From: a virus
Length of the DNA: 64,000 bases
IMG/VR virus record: IMGVR_UViG_3300005573_000069
Coordinates: 37,034-101,033 of that record
Reading direction: 5' to 3' (one strand)
The position numbers were made by a program, and so were the translations under genes. A model generated the notes under the pieces. It had not been told where the DNA came from and made no database searches. It worked only from the letters and a program-made list of their open reading frames with translations. Positions 9,437 through 18,765 of the stretch are shown here, piece by piece (the stretch's first letter is position 1; each line of letters opens with the position of its first letter).

Positions 9437-9466
9437 ATTTTAGCACACCATTGCCATACTCGTCAA
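9437..9466 (-). promoter_or_regulatory. sigma-A promoter (extended -10) for the DUF262 gene
   Basis: TTGACG-18-TAAAAT with TGn. Confidence 0.6.
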
Positions 9467-9511
9467 GCCTATTTTTGAATCGTCTTTGTGAATGTTATTT
9501 CACAAAGACGA

Positions 9512-10825
9512 TCACCTGGTACGAGTGCAGCCCATCGCAAATGCCAGGCAAGCCCTAGCCCATTCACGCTCAAAATCGGCGGTACAATCAGACGCCCGAG
9601 ACACCTGATGTACAGCCTCATGGATCAACGTCTTAAATAATTCATTAAAGTTACTTAAAATATCTCTTTCAAGATATATTAACTCTTCAGAATAGTTGCA
9701 CTCGCCGTTGATCTTGTTACCTGCGTCATCACGCAAATCTTCAACGTAACGCAGGTTCCACAAGTCGGTGTAGTACTTCTGAATCAAATTGCGTGCACGC
9801 TTAATATTATCCCTTTCCTCTCCTGTCAACTCCTTTAACAAAACAAAATCGTGTTTTTGTTTTACCGGCACAATATGCTCACTCGACTTTATTTCGAGTG
9901 ACTCAAGTAATTCCTGCATGCTCCACGATGGGGTAGGAATTACCTTGTACTTCTTATATCGTGCCTTCGTGTCACTTTCGCCTCCACTCGCATAACATAC
10001 CTTTTCACCCCACAATTCTTTAGACGCCCGTTTCCAAGTATCTACATTCCGGTAAATTAAATCCGTGTACACACAATACGTTTCGATAACCGAATCGTTT
10101 GTTGCAGATAGAATTTTCTTAATCCTATCTGTTCTTGTTTCGTACTGCAAAACCTGCTTCCAAATTTCGTAATTGATTGTACCGTGACTGATCGCATTCC
10201 TATCACGATTAGATAAATTCTTGCCTGTTAAATTATAACTAAATATACTCTTAAATTTTTCGTCGATCCTGACCCCGTTAATATATATGTTACCCCCTCC
10301 GTCATCAATCAGAGACGGTTGCGAAAACACGTTACGCTTCTCTGGAGACACGCACAAATAGCCAAAATGATTAATCGCATTTTGGTAAGTTTCTTTGTCG
10401 CATTCCAATACGAAACGAGTCCCTTTGATTCTGTCATTTGGTGCAATATATAGCACCAATTCCTCCGAAAGCAGACTTCCCTGTTCTAATTGTGCTGTTA
10501 CCTTGTAACCAGGAATCTCGATTTCTGCCCGTTTCTCTTCACGGGCAGCAACCAACAAGGCCAATTTTTGGCCTTCGCTATTCTCGCCGGGAGCATTTTC
10601 GATATCTTTTTGCTTCCCTTCACCCAAAAGAAGAGCGGAAACATCAAAACCTTTACCGTCATCTTCCCAATATGCGTATTTACCATCATGCCATGTCTTA
10701 CCATTCGCACCCAAATGCTGAATGGCAAAAACGTGATTCTGAGTAAATTCTTTTGCCGCCTCTAACAATGTCCACTTACGCACGTAATCCTTTCCGATCA
10801 ATGTTTCTTTGCGCAACGTGTTCAT
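9512..10825 (-). CDS. GHKL-type ATPase domain plus C-terminal HExxH zincin-like domain
   Basis: AKEFTQN, DDGKG, GENSEGQKLA and LIHEAVH; start 10825 after RBS. Confidence 0.7.
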   Translation of the reverse strand: MNTLRKETLIGKDYVRKWTLLEAAKEFTQNHVFAIQHLGANGKTWHDGKYAYWEDDGKGFDVSALLLGEGKQKDIENAPGENSEGQKLALLVAAREEKRAEIEIPGYKVTAQLEQGSLLSEELVLYIAPNDRIKGTRFVLECDKETYQNAINHFGYLCVSPEKRNVFSQPSLIDDGGGNIYINGVRIDEKFKSIFSYNLTGKNLSNRDRNAISHGTINYEIWKQVLQYETRTDRIKKILSATNDSVIETYCVYTDLIYRNVDTWKRASKELWGEKVCYASGGESDTKARYKKYKVIPTPSWSMQELLESLEIKSSEHIVPVKQKHDFVLLKELTGEERDNIKRARNLIQKYYTDLWNLRYVEDLRDDAGNKINGECNYSEELIYLERDILSNFNELFKTLIHEAVHQVSRASDCTADFEREWARACLAFAMGCTRTR

Positions 10826-10848
10826 ATTTTTCTCTCCTTTTATGAATT

Positions 10849-10873
10849 TATGTATGTATGGCTCCAAAGGGCC
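10849..10873 (-). promoter_or_regulatory. hairpin-TACATA junction element (motif doubled)
   Basis: GGCCC-TTTG-GAGCC, then ATACATACATAA and AAGGAG. Confidence 0.65.
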
Positions 10874-10877
10874 AAAT

Positions 10878-11144
10878 TTAGATAACCCACAATTCAACCG
10901 CGCCTTCGCGCTGTATGTCCCAAACGCTAAACTTGCAATTGTTCACCACGAGCTTTTTTATCATTGTTATCAATTGTACGCTAGTACCACCATTGGCAAC
11001 CACAATGTAGCATACTTCTTCTTTAGGTACAAAACCTGATACACCTTGTACAGTATAGCCTTCAGGGGCCGGTAGTTTGTCACCGTCCCTAGCTATAATT
11101 GTAACTTCTTCATTTAGTAACGTAGCTTTGCACATGCCTGACAT
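10878..11144 (-). CDS. hypothetical protein
   Basis: Track ORF. Confidence 0.6.
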   Translation of the reverse strand: MSGMCKATLLNEEVTIIARDGDKLPAPEGYTVQGVSGFVPKEEVCYIVVANGGTSVQLITMIKKLVVNNCKFSVWDIQREGAVELWVI

Positions 11145-11308
11145 AGGAAACCTATTAAATCCCCTCTTTGATCATACATACCGGAAACTTCTAAATTTCC
11201 ATATCTATCGCGCTCGGCCCATGACCTAGCTGGTTTCAGGCAAGACTCACAATACCACGTCTCTATAAATTCTCTTGCTTCTTCTCCTTGCAGGTATTCG
11301 GTTCTCAT
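11114..11308 (-). CDS. small Zn-ribbon protein
   Basis: CESC...CQAC; start 11308 after AAGGAG. Confidence 0.6.
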   Translation of the reverse strand: MRTEYLQGEEAREFIETWYCESCLKPARSWAERDRYGNLEVSGMYDQRGDLIGFLCQACAKLRY

Positions 11309-11341
11309 GGTATTTTCTCCTTTCTGCGCCCCGTTTTTGTT

Positions 11342-11382
11342 ACCTGGCGGCCAGGTTATGTACACCGGGATATGCTCCCGGT
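11342..11382 (-). promoter_or_regulatory. hairpin-TACATA-hairpin junction element
   Basis: ACCGGGA-GCATA-TCCCGGT / TACATA / ACCTGG-CCG-CCAGGT. Confidence 0.75.
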
Positions 11383-11388
11383 AGCTGA

Positions 11389-11622
11389 CTATTCCTCTTG
11401 AGCCGCTTTGCGACTCAAGTCATACCAATGCCCTTGCGCATTGGTGGAAATCCAATGCCTTTTAATGCCATCATAACGTGTATCCCGTGCTGCGTCGATC
11501 AGAGCGCGACAATGCATACATTCACCAAACGCATAAGGACCGTAATGGATAGCATACAATGTCACCTCACACCCACAATTCGGGCAATTTACATGATACA
11601 CGGGTACTATATTTTTGTTCAT
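11389..11622 (-). CDS. small Zn-ribbon protein
   Basis: CPNC...CMHC. Confidence 0.65.
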   Translation of the reverse strand: MNKNIVPVYHVNCPNCGCEVTLYAIHYGPYAFGECMHCRALIDAARDTRYDGIKRHWISTNAQGHWYDLSRKAAQEE

Positions 11623-11640
11623 TTTTCATTCATCCTTTCC

Positions 11641-11688
11641 GCCACCTTTCGCCCGGTGGCTGGGCTATGTATGACGGCCATTTGGCCG
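11641..11688 (-). promoter_or_regulatory. hairpin-TACATA-hairpin junction element
   Basis: CGGCCA-AA-TGGCCG / CATACATA / GCCACC..GGTGGC. Confidence 0.7.
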
Positions 11689-11697
11689 CCAATTCGC

Positions 11698-12108
11698 TTA
11701 TTCAACTTCCACCTCCCAAAATTCTTTTCTTTCCAAGCAAGCGATTTTCGCTTGCTTTTTCAGATTTTCCATTAGTTCCATGAGGAAAGCTTTCCCTTTT
11801 TCTATCGAAACGATGTCATCGTCCTCCCACTCCTTATTTAGAATTTTAGCTCTGTCACTTTCAAAAGTGACACGAGCAATGAGTTCTGGATTATGCGAAT
11901 CCTGAACATATATCGTTTCACCTGACTTTGCATTTCGGATTCTCTTCTCGACAAGGCCAAACTCCTTGTCGAACTTTTCCAAGTAAACTGGTGTCGCCTT
12001 GTGGCCAGGATGGTAAATCCTAGCCGTCTCTTCGACTACGAACCCATCCTTCCAATAAACAACTTGTATCTCCCATCCATCCAACCCGCCCTTTTCCCAC
12101 TCGATCAT
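11698..12108 (-). CDS. hypothetical protein
   Basis: Start likely 12108 (MIEWEK) after AAGGAG. Confidence 0.65.
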   Translation of the reverse strand: MIEWEKGGLDGWEIQVVYWKDGFVVEETARIYHPGHKATPVYLEKFDKEFGLVEKRIRNAKSGETIYVQDSHNPELIARVTFESDRAKILNKEWEDDDIVSIEKGKAFLMELMENLKKQAKIACLERKEFWEVEVE

Positions 12109-12182
12109 TTTTCTTCTCTCCTTTCGCCACTTATCGGGCTGATTATTCTTCGATTCTCCACGCCTGAATGTAACCGCCCTGT

Positions 12183-12365
12183 TCAAAAAGAGTTATTTAC
12201 TAAAAATCCTTTCATCTTTAGCGTTTCTCTCATCTCCTTAATTGCCTGCTTCTCTGGAATCCTTGGATGACCGTCTAATGATATCTGCTTTCTTCTCGGA
12301 TAATGAAAAGCGCACCATCCACTCTTGTTGTATAAATCGAAGATTCTTTTTTCCTCTACCGTCAT
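12183..12365 (-). CDS. hypothetical protein
   Basis: Track ORF. Confidence 0.55.
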   Translation of the reverse strand: MTVEEKRIFDLYNKSGWCAFHYPRRKQISLDGHPRIPEKQAIKEMRETLKMKGFLVNNSF

Positions 12366-12371
12366 GAATTA

Positions 12372-12692
12372 TTATTCCCCTTTCTCCCACGGCTGAGGTT
12401 CCAGAAGAATACTAATCACTTTCTCAAAGGTAACATGATTGTGACTATTAGTACCATTATAAAACTTGTAGGGGTCCTCAAACTTGTCTAAAAGACGAGT
12501 AACATCGACTGTAACAGACCGACCACTAGGATTCAATTTCGCGCCGCATTCACGCAATGCGAAAGCTTGTAGGGGACGTGTATGTGACCCCCCAATAATA
12601 ACCTTTTTGTTGCGCAGCATTTGAGCTGCGCATTTTTGGGGATCTTCCACCCCAATCACTTTTAAGTTTTTAATTAGCACTTCTGCTTTCAT
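12372..12692 (-). CDS. hypothetical protein
   Basis: Track ORF with AGGAGG RBS. Confidence 0.65.
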   Translation of the reverse strand: MKAEVLIKNLKVIGVEDPQKCAAQMLRNKKVIIGGSHTRPLQAFALRECGAKLNPSGRSVTVDVTRLLDKFEDPYKFYNGTNSHNHVTFEKVISILLEPQPWEKGE

Positions 12693-12704
12693 TTTTACTA
12701 CCTC

Positions 12705-13097
12705 CTAATATATTCTAGTTTTTACATTCGGTTGCTTAAGTCCCATATTAACTTCCCATAGAGAAAGTCTTTCTCTCGTTTGAATGACTTTCTTTCCATA
12801 TTGCTCCGCTATGGGAGCAACCTTTTTCGATTGGGACCATTTTATGTTACTTGTATCAATTACCTGATATACCGGATACTTGATCGTATAAAACCCTTCA
12901 CGCTGTTCTTCACCTATGACAACCAGCTTCTTGGTTGCCTTATGGCAAAGAACTGTCCATTCCTCCTGTTGACCATATTTCCCAACGCAAGACAACCTAC
13001 CCACATCAAAACTGTAACATTCCGCCCGAAACCGGGAATAGCCCGTATAGCCTCTAATATACTTCCAATGCTTTAGATGCGGATTTACATTTTCCAT
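12705..13097 (-). CDS. hypothetical protein
   Basis: Track ORF with AAGGAG RBS. Confidence 0.65.
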   Translation of the reverse strand: MENVNPHLKHWKYIRGYTGYSRFRAECYSFDVGRLSCVGKYGQQEEWTVLCHKATKKLVVIGEEQREGFYTIKYPVYQVIDTSNIKWSQSKKVAPIAEQYGKKVIQTRERLSLWEVNMGLKQPNVKTRIY

Positions 13098-13123
13098 TAC
13101 AACAACTCCTTATTCTTAATTTG

Positions 13124-13153
13124 TATGTACCCGGTTTTGGTAACCCTGACCGG
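13124..13153 (-). promoter_or_regulatory. hairpin-TACATA junction element
   Basis: CCGGT..ACCGG stem, then GTACATAC. Confidence 0.6.
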
Positions 13154-13167
13154 AAACAGGGGTTAAA

Positions 13168-14100
13168 TTATGCAGCTTTCAGGAGGGAATAAGTCTTATC
13201 AATCAATTTGTCTCCTTCTATAATGTTAGCAAACCGATTTTCAGCGAAGCTTGCACTTCTACGCTTCGGTGCAGAGTGACTTACAAAGTCACTTACCGCG
13301 TTGATAACTGCCCAACCTGTTCCCCGATATTTTTGCAAATCCGGGGCCATCTCATACCGAAACTTCACTTCGGCACGATAGTCTTGAATATTGACAATTT
13401 TCCTGTCGCTCTTAGCGTTCGCGGGAAGTGGGAATATTTCTTCCACGATTTCCGTGAACATCTTATCTGAGACTACAACCCTTGCCAAATTCTCTGCTTC
13501 TTCTTGCAGGTTTGTCATGTATTCGGTAGCAAGATTGAGAGTTCTCATCGCTTCAAACCGCTTTGCTTCCATGTCGCCCATGTGTTTCGTTGCCCATGAG
13601 CGATCAGCTTGCGACAACGCTAGATTGAGTGTATTGTTGCACACTACTCGGATAGGGGTGAGTGCAACTTTTACACTACCCTTCCCAGTATGATCGTTTG
13701 TAAAGACCAAATAGGGAATGGTAGTGTCATCTAAAAGTTTTACTTCATCCATCCTGGCAAGCATCCATACCTTTTTGCCCTCGAACAGTGCACCGGCGGT
13801 TTCGTATTTTACCGTACCGGTGCCGATAATTTGATCAACAAAACTAAACGCCTCATCATTCTGCACAATCCGATACCGATCTGATACTATACCCAAAATA
13901 CTGCCGTCTGTCTCGCGCACATTAGCTACATAGCCATGTGCGATATGACCGTCGATAACGATAGCCTTTGGCAGTACGCGCCACTTTAATCCGCTCTGCA
14001 CCAAAGCCTCTTCTGATGTAAGAGCCTCTTCGACTTTTACACCCAACCCATGCCAGGGTGTCTGCCTGACGTAAAACATACTCTCTACTTCTGCTGACAT
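13168..14100 (-). CDS. DUF932 family phage/plasmid-like protein (TIGR03299)
   Basis: MSAEVESMFYVRQTPWHGLG...YETAGAL..GKKVW...TPIRVVCNNTL. Confidence 0.9.
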   Translation of the reverse strand: MSAEVESMFYVRQTPWHGLGVKVEEALTSEEALVQSGLKWRVLPKAIVIDGHIAHGYVANVRETDGSILGIVSDRYRIVQNDEAFSFVDQIIGTGTVKYETAGALFEGKKVWMLARMDEVKLLDDTTIPYLVFTNDHTGKGSVKVALTPIRVVCNNTLNLALSQADRSWATKHMGDMEAKRFEAMRTLNLATEYMTNLQEEAENLARVVVSDKMFTEIVEEIFPLPANAKSDRKIVNIQDYRAEVKFRYEMAPDLQKYRGTGWAVINAVSDFVSHSAPKRRSASFAENRFANIIEGDKLIDKTYSLLKAA

Positions 14101-14134
14101 TTTCGAATCCCTCCTTTGAATTTTTTCTATGATA

Positions 14135-14163
14135 ATCTTACATGATATTTTTGAATCTGTCAA
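14135..14163 (-). promoter_or_regulatory. sigma-A promoter for the DUF932 gene
   Basis: TTGACA-17-TAAGAT. Confidence 0.65.
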
Positions 14164-14195
14164 TACCCTGGAACAAAAATTTTTCCTGAAATTTT

Positions 14196-14396
14196 TTACC
14201 ATTCCTCCCAATCATCGTCATCTTCACGAGTTTCGATATAGTCCTCAATTTCCGTAATTAACCCGTCGAAATCCTCATTGGGACCAAGAAATTCGGCGAT
14301 AGAAAGTACCACCTTATAAGGAACGTCATAATTATCCGCTAGAGAACGCAAATAATGCTTACGATCCCTATAACCCTTTTCCTGATAAATGTCCAC
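14196..14396 (-). CDS. hypothetical acidic protein
   Basis: AAGGAGG RBS; GY.DRKHYL..LADNY pattern. Confidence 0.7.
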   Translation of the reverse strand: MDIYQEKGYRDRKHYLRSLADNYDVPYKVVLSIAEFLGPNEDFDGLITEIEDYIETREDDDDWEEW

Positions 14397-14743
14397 AAAA
14401 ATACCTCCTTAAAGTTAGTTAAAGAAAGATAAACGCCGTTAAAGGAATATAAGAATAGTTAAGACTATAAAACCCCTCCTTTTTGGCGATAATCCGGCGG
14501 ATAATGCACGGATAATGCAAAAATAATGGAAACACGAGATAAAAACGGCGGAAACGCAACGTTTAAACGGCATATAAATAACATTTGATCGGTATAAATA
14601 AAATGCGAAAAACCGATTAAAAATGCGAAGCAACGATCAAGTAAAAACATAATGGAATCATCAATAATGCGAAGCAATTAAATCAGACTTAGCAAAATAG
14701 AGATTTAAAAATAAGAAAAATCGACCATGCGCAAAAAATTTAT

Positions 14744-15211
14744 TTATCCGACTCTCTCGATATTTGAAAGGGATTTAGATTCTTTCGACGGAATAAAAAA
14801 TCCAGAGAATTGCGCCCGTTTATCGGTGATAAGATATTTCTCATCCAAGTTAACATCGTACACATAAATGTGATCCGGGATGTCGGCTTTCCAGATAGAA
14901 ACCTCATTCTTCAGATGGTTAAGCGAAGTATTATTCACATGACTATCTATGAAGGCCCAAATTCCATATTCAAAATCCTTTTAGTTTTCATAGATAAATT
15001 GAGCGAGTCGTTTGAAATATTGATCGTTTGATGAAAATATCGCGCGTGCCTTTGGATTCAAAGGAAAATGTCGATTATAAAAATAATTCAATAACAGCCA
15101 TATAAGTGAACGAAGGTGATAATCCTGATATTGAGGAATAAATCCGGAATCGGAAAAGCGAACGATTTTCATAATGGGGATCTCCTTAAGGACAAATGGA
15201 GTTTGAAACAA
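14744..15211 (-). pseudogene. hypothetical gene split by in-frame TAA at 14981-14983
   Basis: Track ORFs 14981..15211 and 14744..14938 are in one frame, joined by 14 sense codons. Confidence 0.55.
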
Positions 15212-15225
15212 TTATATACGATGAT

Positions 15226-15254
15226 AGATTAGCACATTTTAGGAGAATTGTCAA
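15226..15254 (-). promoter_or_regulatory. sigma-A promoter (extended -10)
   Basis: TTGACA-17-TAATCT with TGn. Confidence 0.6.
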
Positions 15255-15698
15255 CAGGAAAATTGGAGACTGATATGAGGAATATTTTTTAAACAAAATA
15301 TTTTTGGCCGAATCTTTGCCAAGAAATTTCCGAATTCACTGGAGAATTGGCAAATTCTGTTACCCACCGGAGTTTTTCGCCGGGCTGTTACCCTTGAAAA
15401 ATCCGGTTAATAGGCCCATTTTTCATTTTTTAGACCATATAATCACCCTTCCAGAATTTTCCAACCCAAAACCTACCAGTCCTGACTAGGTGGCATAGCT
15501 TGCCAGGGCTTCCAGGGATTGGGTCCAAGATATAATAGCCAAGTACTGGCAGCGAAACCTATTTTCTGCCAGTATTCTCTTCCAGTATATAGCATATCAC
15601 ATTTTCCCTTTTCGTGTCCTACAATACCATTATGTGGGAAAAATTTTCCTGGACCGGTCCGGCAATAGGAATATGGGATGGCGGGAGATAGAGAATCT

Positions 15699-15845
15699 AT
15701 TCTAAGGCCGCTAGAATGGCCTAGAATGGCTGATCTGCTCCTGGCACGTATAAAGTACCGTGTCCATGTCAGCGGCCCCGTAAATGGCACGCTAGGCGGC
15801 CTAGACGTGAAAATCAATTCTAAGGCCGCTAGGATGGCCTAGAAT
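15699..15845. repeat. two copies of a 29-bp imperfect palindrome
   Basis: ATTCTAAGGCCGCTAG(A/G)ATGGCCTAGAAT at 15699 and 15817. Confidence 0.85.
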
Positions 15846-15991
15846 AGACGAAAAAGAAAAGGCCAGTATATCATACTGGCACATGGGGAAAACGTCTTAC
15901 AGAGGATTTTATGCAATGTATACTGAACTAGTTTAGTATAGTTTTGGGCAAAAAAATGTGGACGGCACATGCCGTCCACCAGGAGAACGAT

Positions 15992-16198
15992 CTATGTCAA
16001 GGTTTTTCTCTTTCTTTTGTAATACTTGCAGTTTTGTTTTTCTCCTCTGTATATGAGGAGAAAAACTGTATATGAAATTATATTGGTTAATTCCTTGGTA
16101 CAAGTTAGAAAATTGTTTATAGTATCCTCAATAAGATACTGACAATTACTGCAGGACGTTTTTTGAATCATTTTATCCTCTCCTTTCAATATAAACAA
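15992..16198 (-). CDS. small Cys-rich protein
   Basis: CSNC...C...C. Confidence 0.5.
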   Translation of the reverse strand: MFILKGEDKMIQKTSCSNCQYLIEDTINNFLTCTKELTNIISYTVFLLIYRGEKQNCKYYKRKRKTLT

Positions 16199-16252
16199 TA
16201 ACTGCGGGAATAATGATGCAAAGATACAGAATGAAAAACATTCCCCAATAAT

Positions 16253-16549
16253 TCATATTATCGCCTCCTTATAGTATATTTCTTTAAATTTTCTGATGGC
16301 TTCGGTCTCAGACCGAAACCATCTATTTTCCTTAAACTGCGCAAATTTTTTATGAAAGGTAGCTTTATAAAGTACCGTCTTTATAATTCCTTCTTCAATA
16401 GCTACCACAAGGTAGCTATTTTTATAATAAATAGTGCTTCCATCTATTACCATCTGGCCTTTTTCTAAGCAAGACCAGATTTCCTTTTCCGTGATACCTC
16501 TCTCTATCATTCTCTTCCTCGCATGAATAGTAAGCGTCATTTTTTCCAC
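16253..16549 (-). CDS. DUF4258-like (RelE/BrnT-related) protein
   Basis: LTIHARKRMIERGITEKEI...L.KG...IKTV. Confidence 0.7.
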   Translation of the reverse strand: MEKMTLTIHARKRMIERGITEKEIWSCLEKGQMVIDGSTIYYKNSYLVVAIEEGIIKTVLYKATFHKKFAQFKENRWFRSETEAIRKFKEIYYKEAII

Positions 16550-16711
16550 TCCTTAAGAAAAATCTTAGTTCGCTTTCGTCTATAAAACCATTTATAAACA
16601 ATAACAAAATGACGTTTTTAATCATGCCATCACTCCTATTATATTTTTCGATTTCAATATGTATTAGGCGGCAAGAGATATTTTTCAATCTATCGCCGCC
16701 GGGAAAACTAT

Positions 16712-17038
16712 TTACAGGAGAGAAAGAGCCCGAGTTTTTCTCTCCTGGAGAGGAATATTTACATCAGCCAAGATATCCGCGATATCTTGACGAACGTAAT
16801 ATCCGTAGGTGTATATGCCGCTACGTCCTGGAATTCCAGGGATATAGTTTTCTATATCCCAAGTGCCAGGAATTCCCAGCCGCTCTGCCATGCGGCCCGT
16901 GGAATTCCACAAGGCCGCCATTCCCTTTTCTCTATAATGTTTTCTAGTCATTCTCATCTTGTGCACGCCGCCCCGTAAATGGGACGACATGCCACAAGAA
17001 CGCAACACATAGCCGCATTCACACTCGACAGTTGCCAT
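16712..17038 (-). CDS. hypothetical protein with N-terminal Zn finger
   Basis: CECG...H.RGGVH; AGGAGG RBS. Confidence 0.65.
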   Translation of the reverse strand: MATVECECGYVLRSCGMSSHLRGGVHKMRMTRKHYREKGMAALWNSTGRMAERLGIPGTWDIENYIPGIPGRSGIYTYGYYVRQDIADILADVNIPLQERKTRALSLL

Positions 17039-17058
17039 TTCGTAATTCCTCCTTATTT

Positions 17059-17241
17059 TTAGAGATAATACGACCTAGCACAATCTCGATTACAGAATAC
17101 TTCCCTTCTTTCGTTATATTTAAATAAAGTACTTGGCTTTGATCCGCACCAATAACAAGAATAAATCCTATTCTTGTTATTGACGGATTCGCGCGAATAC
17201 TCATAATGAGTATATGGGTTGCCATAGCATAACTTTGACAT
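17059..17241 (-). CDS. small Zn-finger protein
   Basis: CYWCG...FCNRDC. Confidence 0.65.
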   Translation of the reverse strand: MSKLCYGNPYTHYEYSRESVNNKNRIYSCYWCGSKPSTLFKYNERREVFCNRDCARSYYL

Positions 17242-17263
17242 GTTTACTCCTCCTTTTTTTACT

Positions 17264-17293
17264 TATGTATAATGGGAGGAGAAATCCTCCCAT
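17264..17293 (-). promoter_or_regulatory. hairpin-TACATA junction element
   Basis: ATGGGAGGA-TTTC-TCCTCCCAT, then TATACATAA. Confidence 0.8.
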
Positions 17294-17299
17294 GATTGG

Positions 17300-17575
17300 T
17301 TACAGTTCTTTTTTAAGTTGGTCAATATATTTTTTTGCTTCGTCTTGTGAATGAAAGCATTGAGACAAATCAGTTAAACGTTCTGTTTCTCCTTTTTCCT
17401 TATCGTACTTTACTATTGTCACACCAAATAAGCTTGTTTCTTCAAATATTCCCCTGCCAGTACTCAATTCGTAAAAAATCATTCCTTTCCTTATCGTGCC
17501 CCTGGAAATAATCCTTGGTGTAACAAAATTTCTTGAATCCCCATATTCCTGCCGAAACGCTTCTTTTGCATTCAT
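17300..17575 (-). CDS. hypothetical phage early protein
   Basis: Track ORF with RBS. Confidence 0.7.
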   Translation of the reverse strand: MNAKEAFRQEYGDSRNFVTPRIISRGTIRKGMIFYELSTGRGIFEETSLFGVTIVKYDKEKGETERLTDLSQCFHSQDEAKKYIDQLKKEL

Positions 17576-17593
17576 TATTACTCCTCCTTAAAA

Positions 17594-17887
17594 TTATTCG
17601 TCGATATCCTCATCGGCATATGCCGATGGGATACGATGGCTGCAGAGTTCGCAATATAAATCGGGATCTTCCCAATTTATATCTCCTTCTAACAGAACGA
17701 GTTCGCTATCCTTCTCCCGAATTGCGATATTCGCGCAATCCGGGCAGATAACGAAATACTCTGTACCATATGGTTCTGAATAATCCTCCTTCCCAATATA
17801 ATACATAGGATATCCTCCTGGCCATGCAAAAGATGGTAAGCTACCGTCAGATAGCAATTCAATGTGTTTAATTTTCATCTTTACCAC
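17594..17887 (-). CDS. hypothetical Zn-binding phage protein
   Basis: FAWPGGYP...CPDC...WED..LYCELC. Confidence 0.75.
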   Translation of the reverse strand: MVKMKIKHIELLSDGSLPSFAWPGGYPMYYIGKEDYSEPYGTEYFVICPDCANIAIREKDSELVLLEGDINWEDPDLYCELCSHRIPSAYADEDIDE

Positions 17888-17898
17888 TCCTTATTATT

Positions 17899-17925
17899 TA
17901 TGTATAGGCCGCCTTTCGGCGGCCT
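17899..17925 (-). promoter_or_regulatory. hairpin-TACATA junction element
   Basis: AGGCCGCC-GAAA-GGCGGCCT, then ATACATAA. Confidence 0.8.
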
Positions 17926-17930
17926 GATAG

Positions 17931-18374
17931 TTAAACCAATTCACGCAATCCGAAATCTAGAATTTCATATAGATATTCCTTAATACTTTCCCCTTGCCAT
18001 CTATAGTCGGAAAACTTTCCTTTAATGCTAAGTTTGAAACCAGATATGAAATCTGGTTTTACGATGACTGTAAAATCTATCCAGCCGGTATAGAACCCGT
18101 TTTCATTCATTACGTGATAGGATTGTCTTAACACAATCTTATCACTGTTTGATTGATCGAGAATAACTTCCCATTTCCCGTCAATCCCTGAACCATGCGG
18201 CAGAGAATCCAATAACTTTTCCAGCTTTTCCATATGTCGCGGTTCCCATTCAGTATCTGCGTACTGTCTGCAATTGTTCAATGCAATAACTGTAGCCGCC
18301 ATCATCTTGTAGAGTGCCACCTTTTGAATCCCGTATTCACAAGTTTTTTGGGTAGCAGTTTGTGTCCGTAACAT
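17931..18374 (-). CDS. hypothetical phage protein (LPHGSGID motif)
   Basis: Start 18374 after AAGGAG. Confidence 0.7.
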   Translation of the reverse strand: MLRTQTATQKTCEYGIQKVALYKMMAATVIALNNCRQYADTEWEPRHMEKLEKLLDSLPHGSGIDGKWEVILDQSNSDKIVLRQSYHVMNENGFYTGWIDFTVIVKPDFISGFKLSIKGKFSDYRWQGESIKEYLYEILDFGLRELV

Positions 18375-18419
18375 ATCACATTCTCCTTTCGGGCCGCCAC
18401 CTTTTTTATGGCCGCACCC

Positions 18420-18448
18420 TATGTAGTTGGTGGTCAATTGACCACCAA
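18420..18448 (-). promoter_or_regulatory. hairpin-TACATA junction element
   Basis: TTGGTGGTC-AATT-GACCACCAA, then CTACATAG. Confidence 0.75.
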
Positions 18449-18451
18449 AAA

Positions 18452-18730
18452 CTAATCTATACTGTAGAGTTCCTCTTGTTCCCGGCCGTATTGAAGTTCG
18501 TCCAATACGTCCAGGAATTCTTGCCAAGCATCCTCTTTTTCTTCTCGATACTCGTCGTATTCGTCGAAATCCTCTCTCATGACATACTCGAATTGATCCA
18601 ATGCATCAATGGCATCCGCGACATCAAAAACCTTGTCGAACTTCTCCAGTTCCCGCCGAATAGCGGGAACAGAACGGCGCCGCAAGGATTGCATTTTGGT
18701 TACAAAATCGGAAAACTGCATATTGATCAC
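18452..18730 (-). CDS. very acidic small protein (possible DNA mimic)
   Basis: D/E-rich C-terminal half. Confidence 0.65.
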   Translation of the reverse strand: MINMQFSDFVTKMQSLRRRSVPAIRRELEKFDKVFDVADAIDALDQFEYVMREDFDEYDEYREEKEDAWQEFLDVLDELQYGREQEELYSID

Positions 18731-18739
18731 TCCTTATTT

Positions 18740-18764
18740 TATGTATTGGCGGCTTAAAGCCGCC
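18740..18764 (-). promoter_or_regulatory. hairpin-TACATA junction element
   Basis: GGCGGCT-TTA-AGCCGCC, then AATACATAA. Confidence 0.8.
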
Positions 18765-18765
18765 T

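Noticed and set aside
4521-15211. Genome-wide stop-codon reassignment
   Set aside because: The two interruptions use different stops (TAG, TAA), long genes are intact in code 11, and no suppressor tRNA is seen
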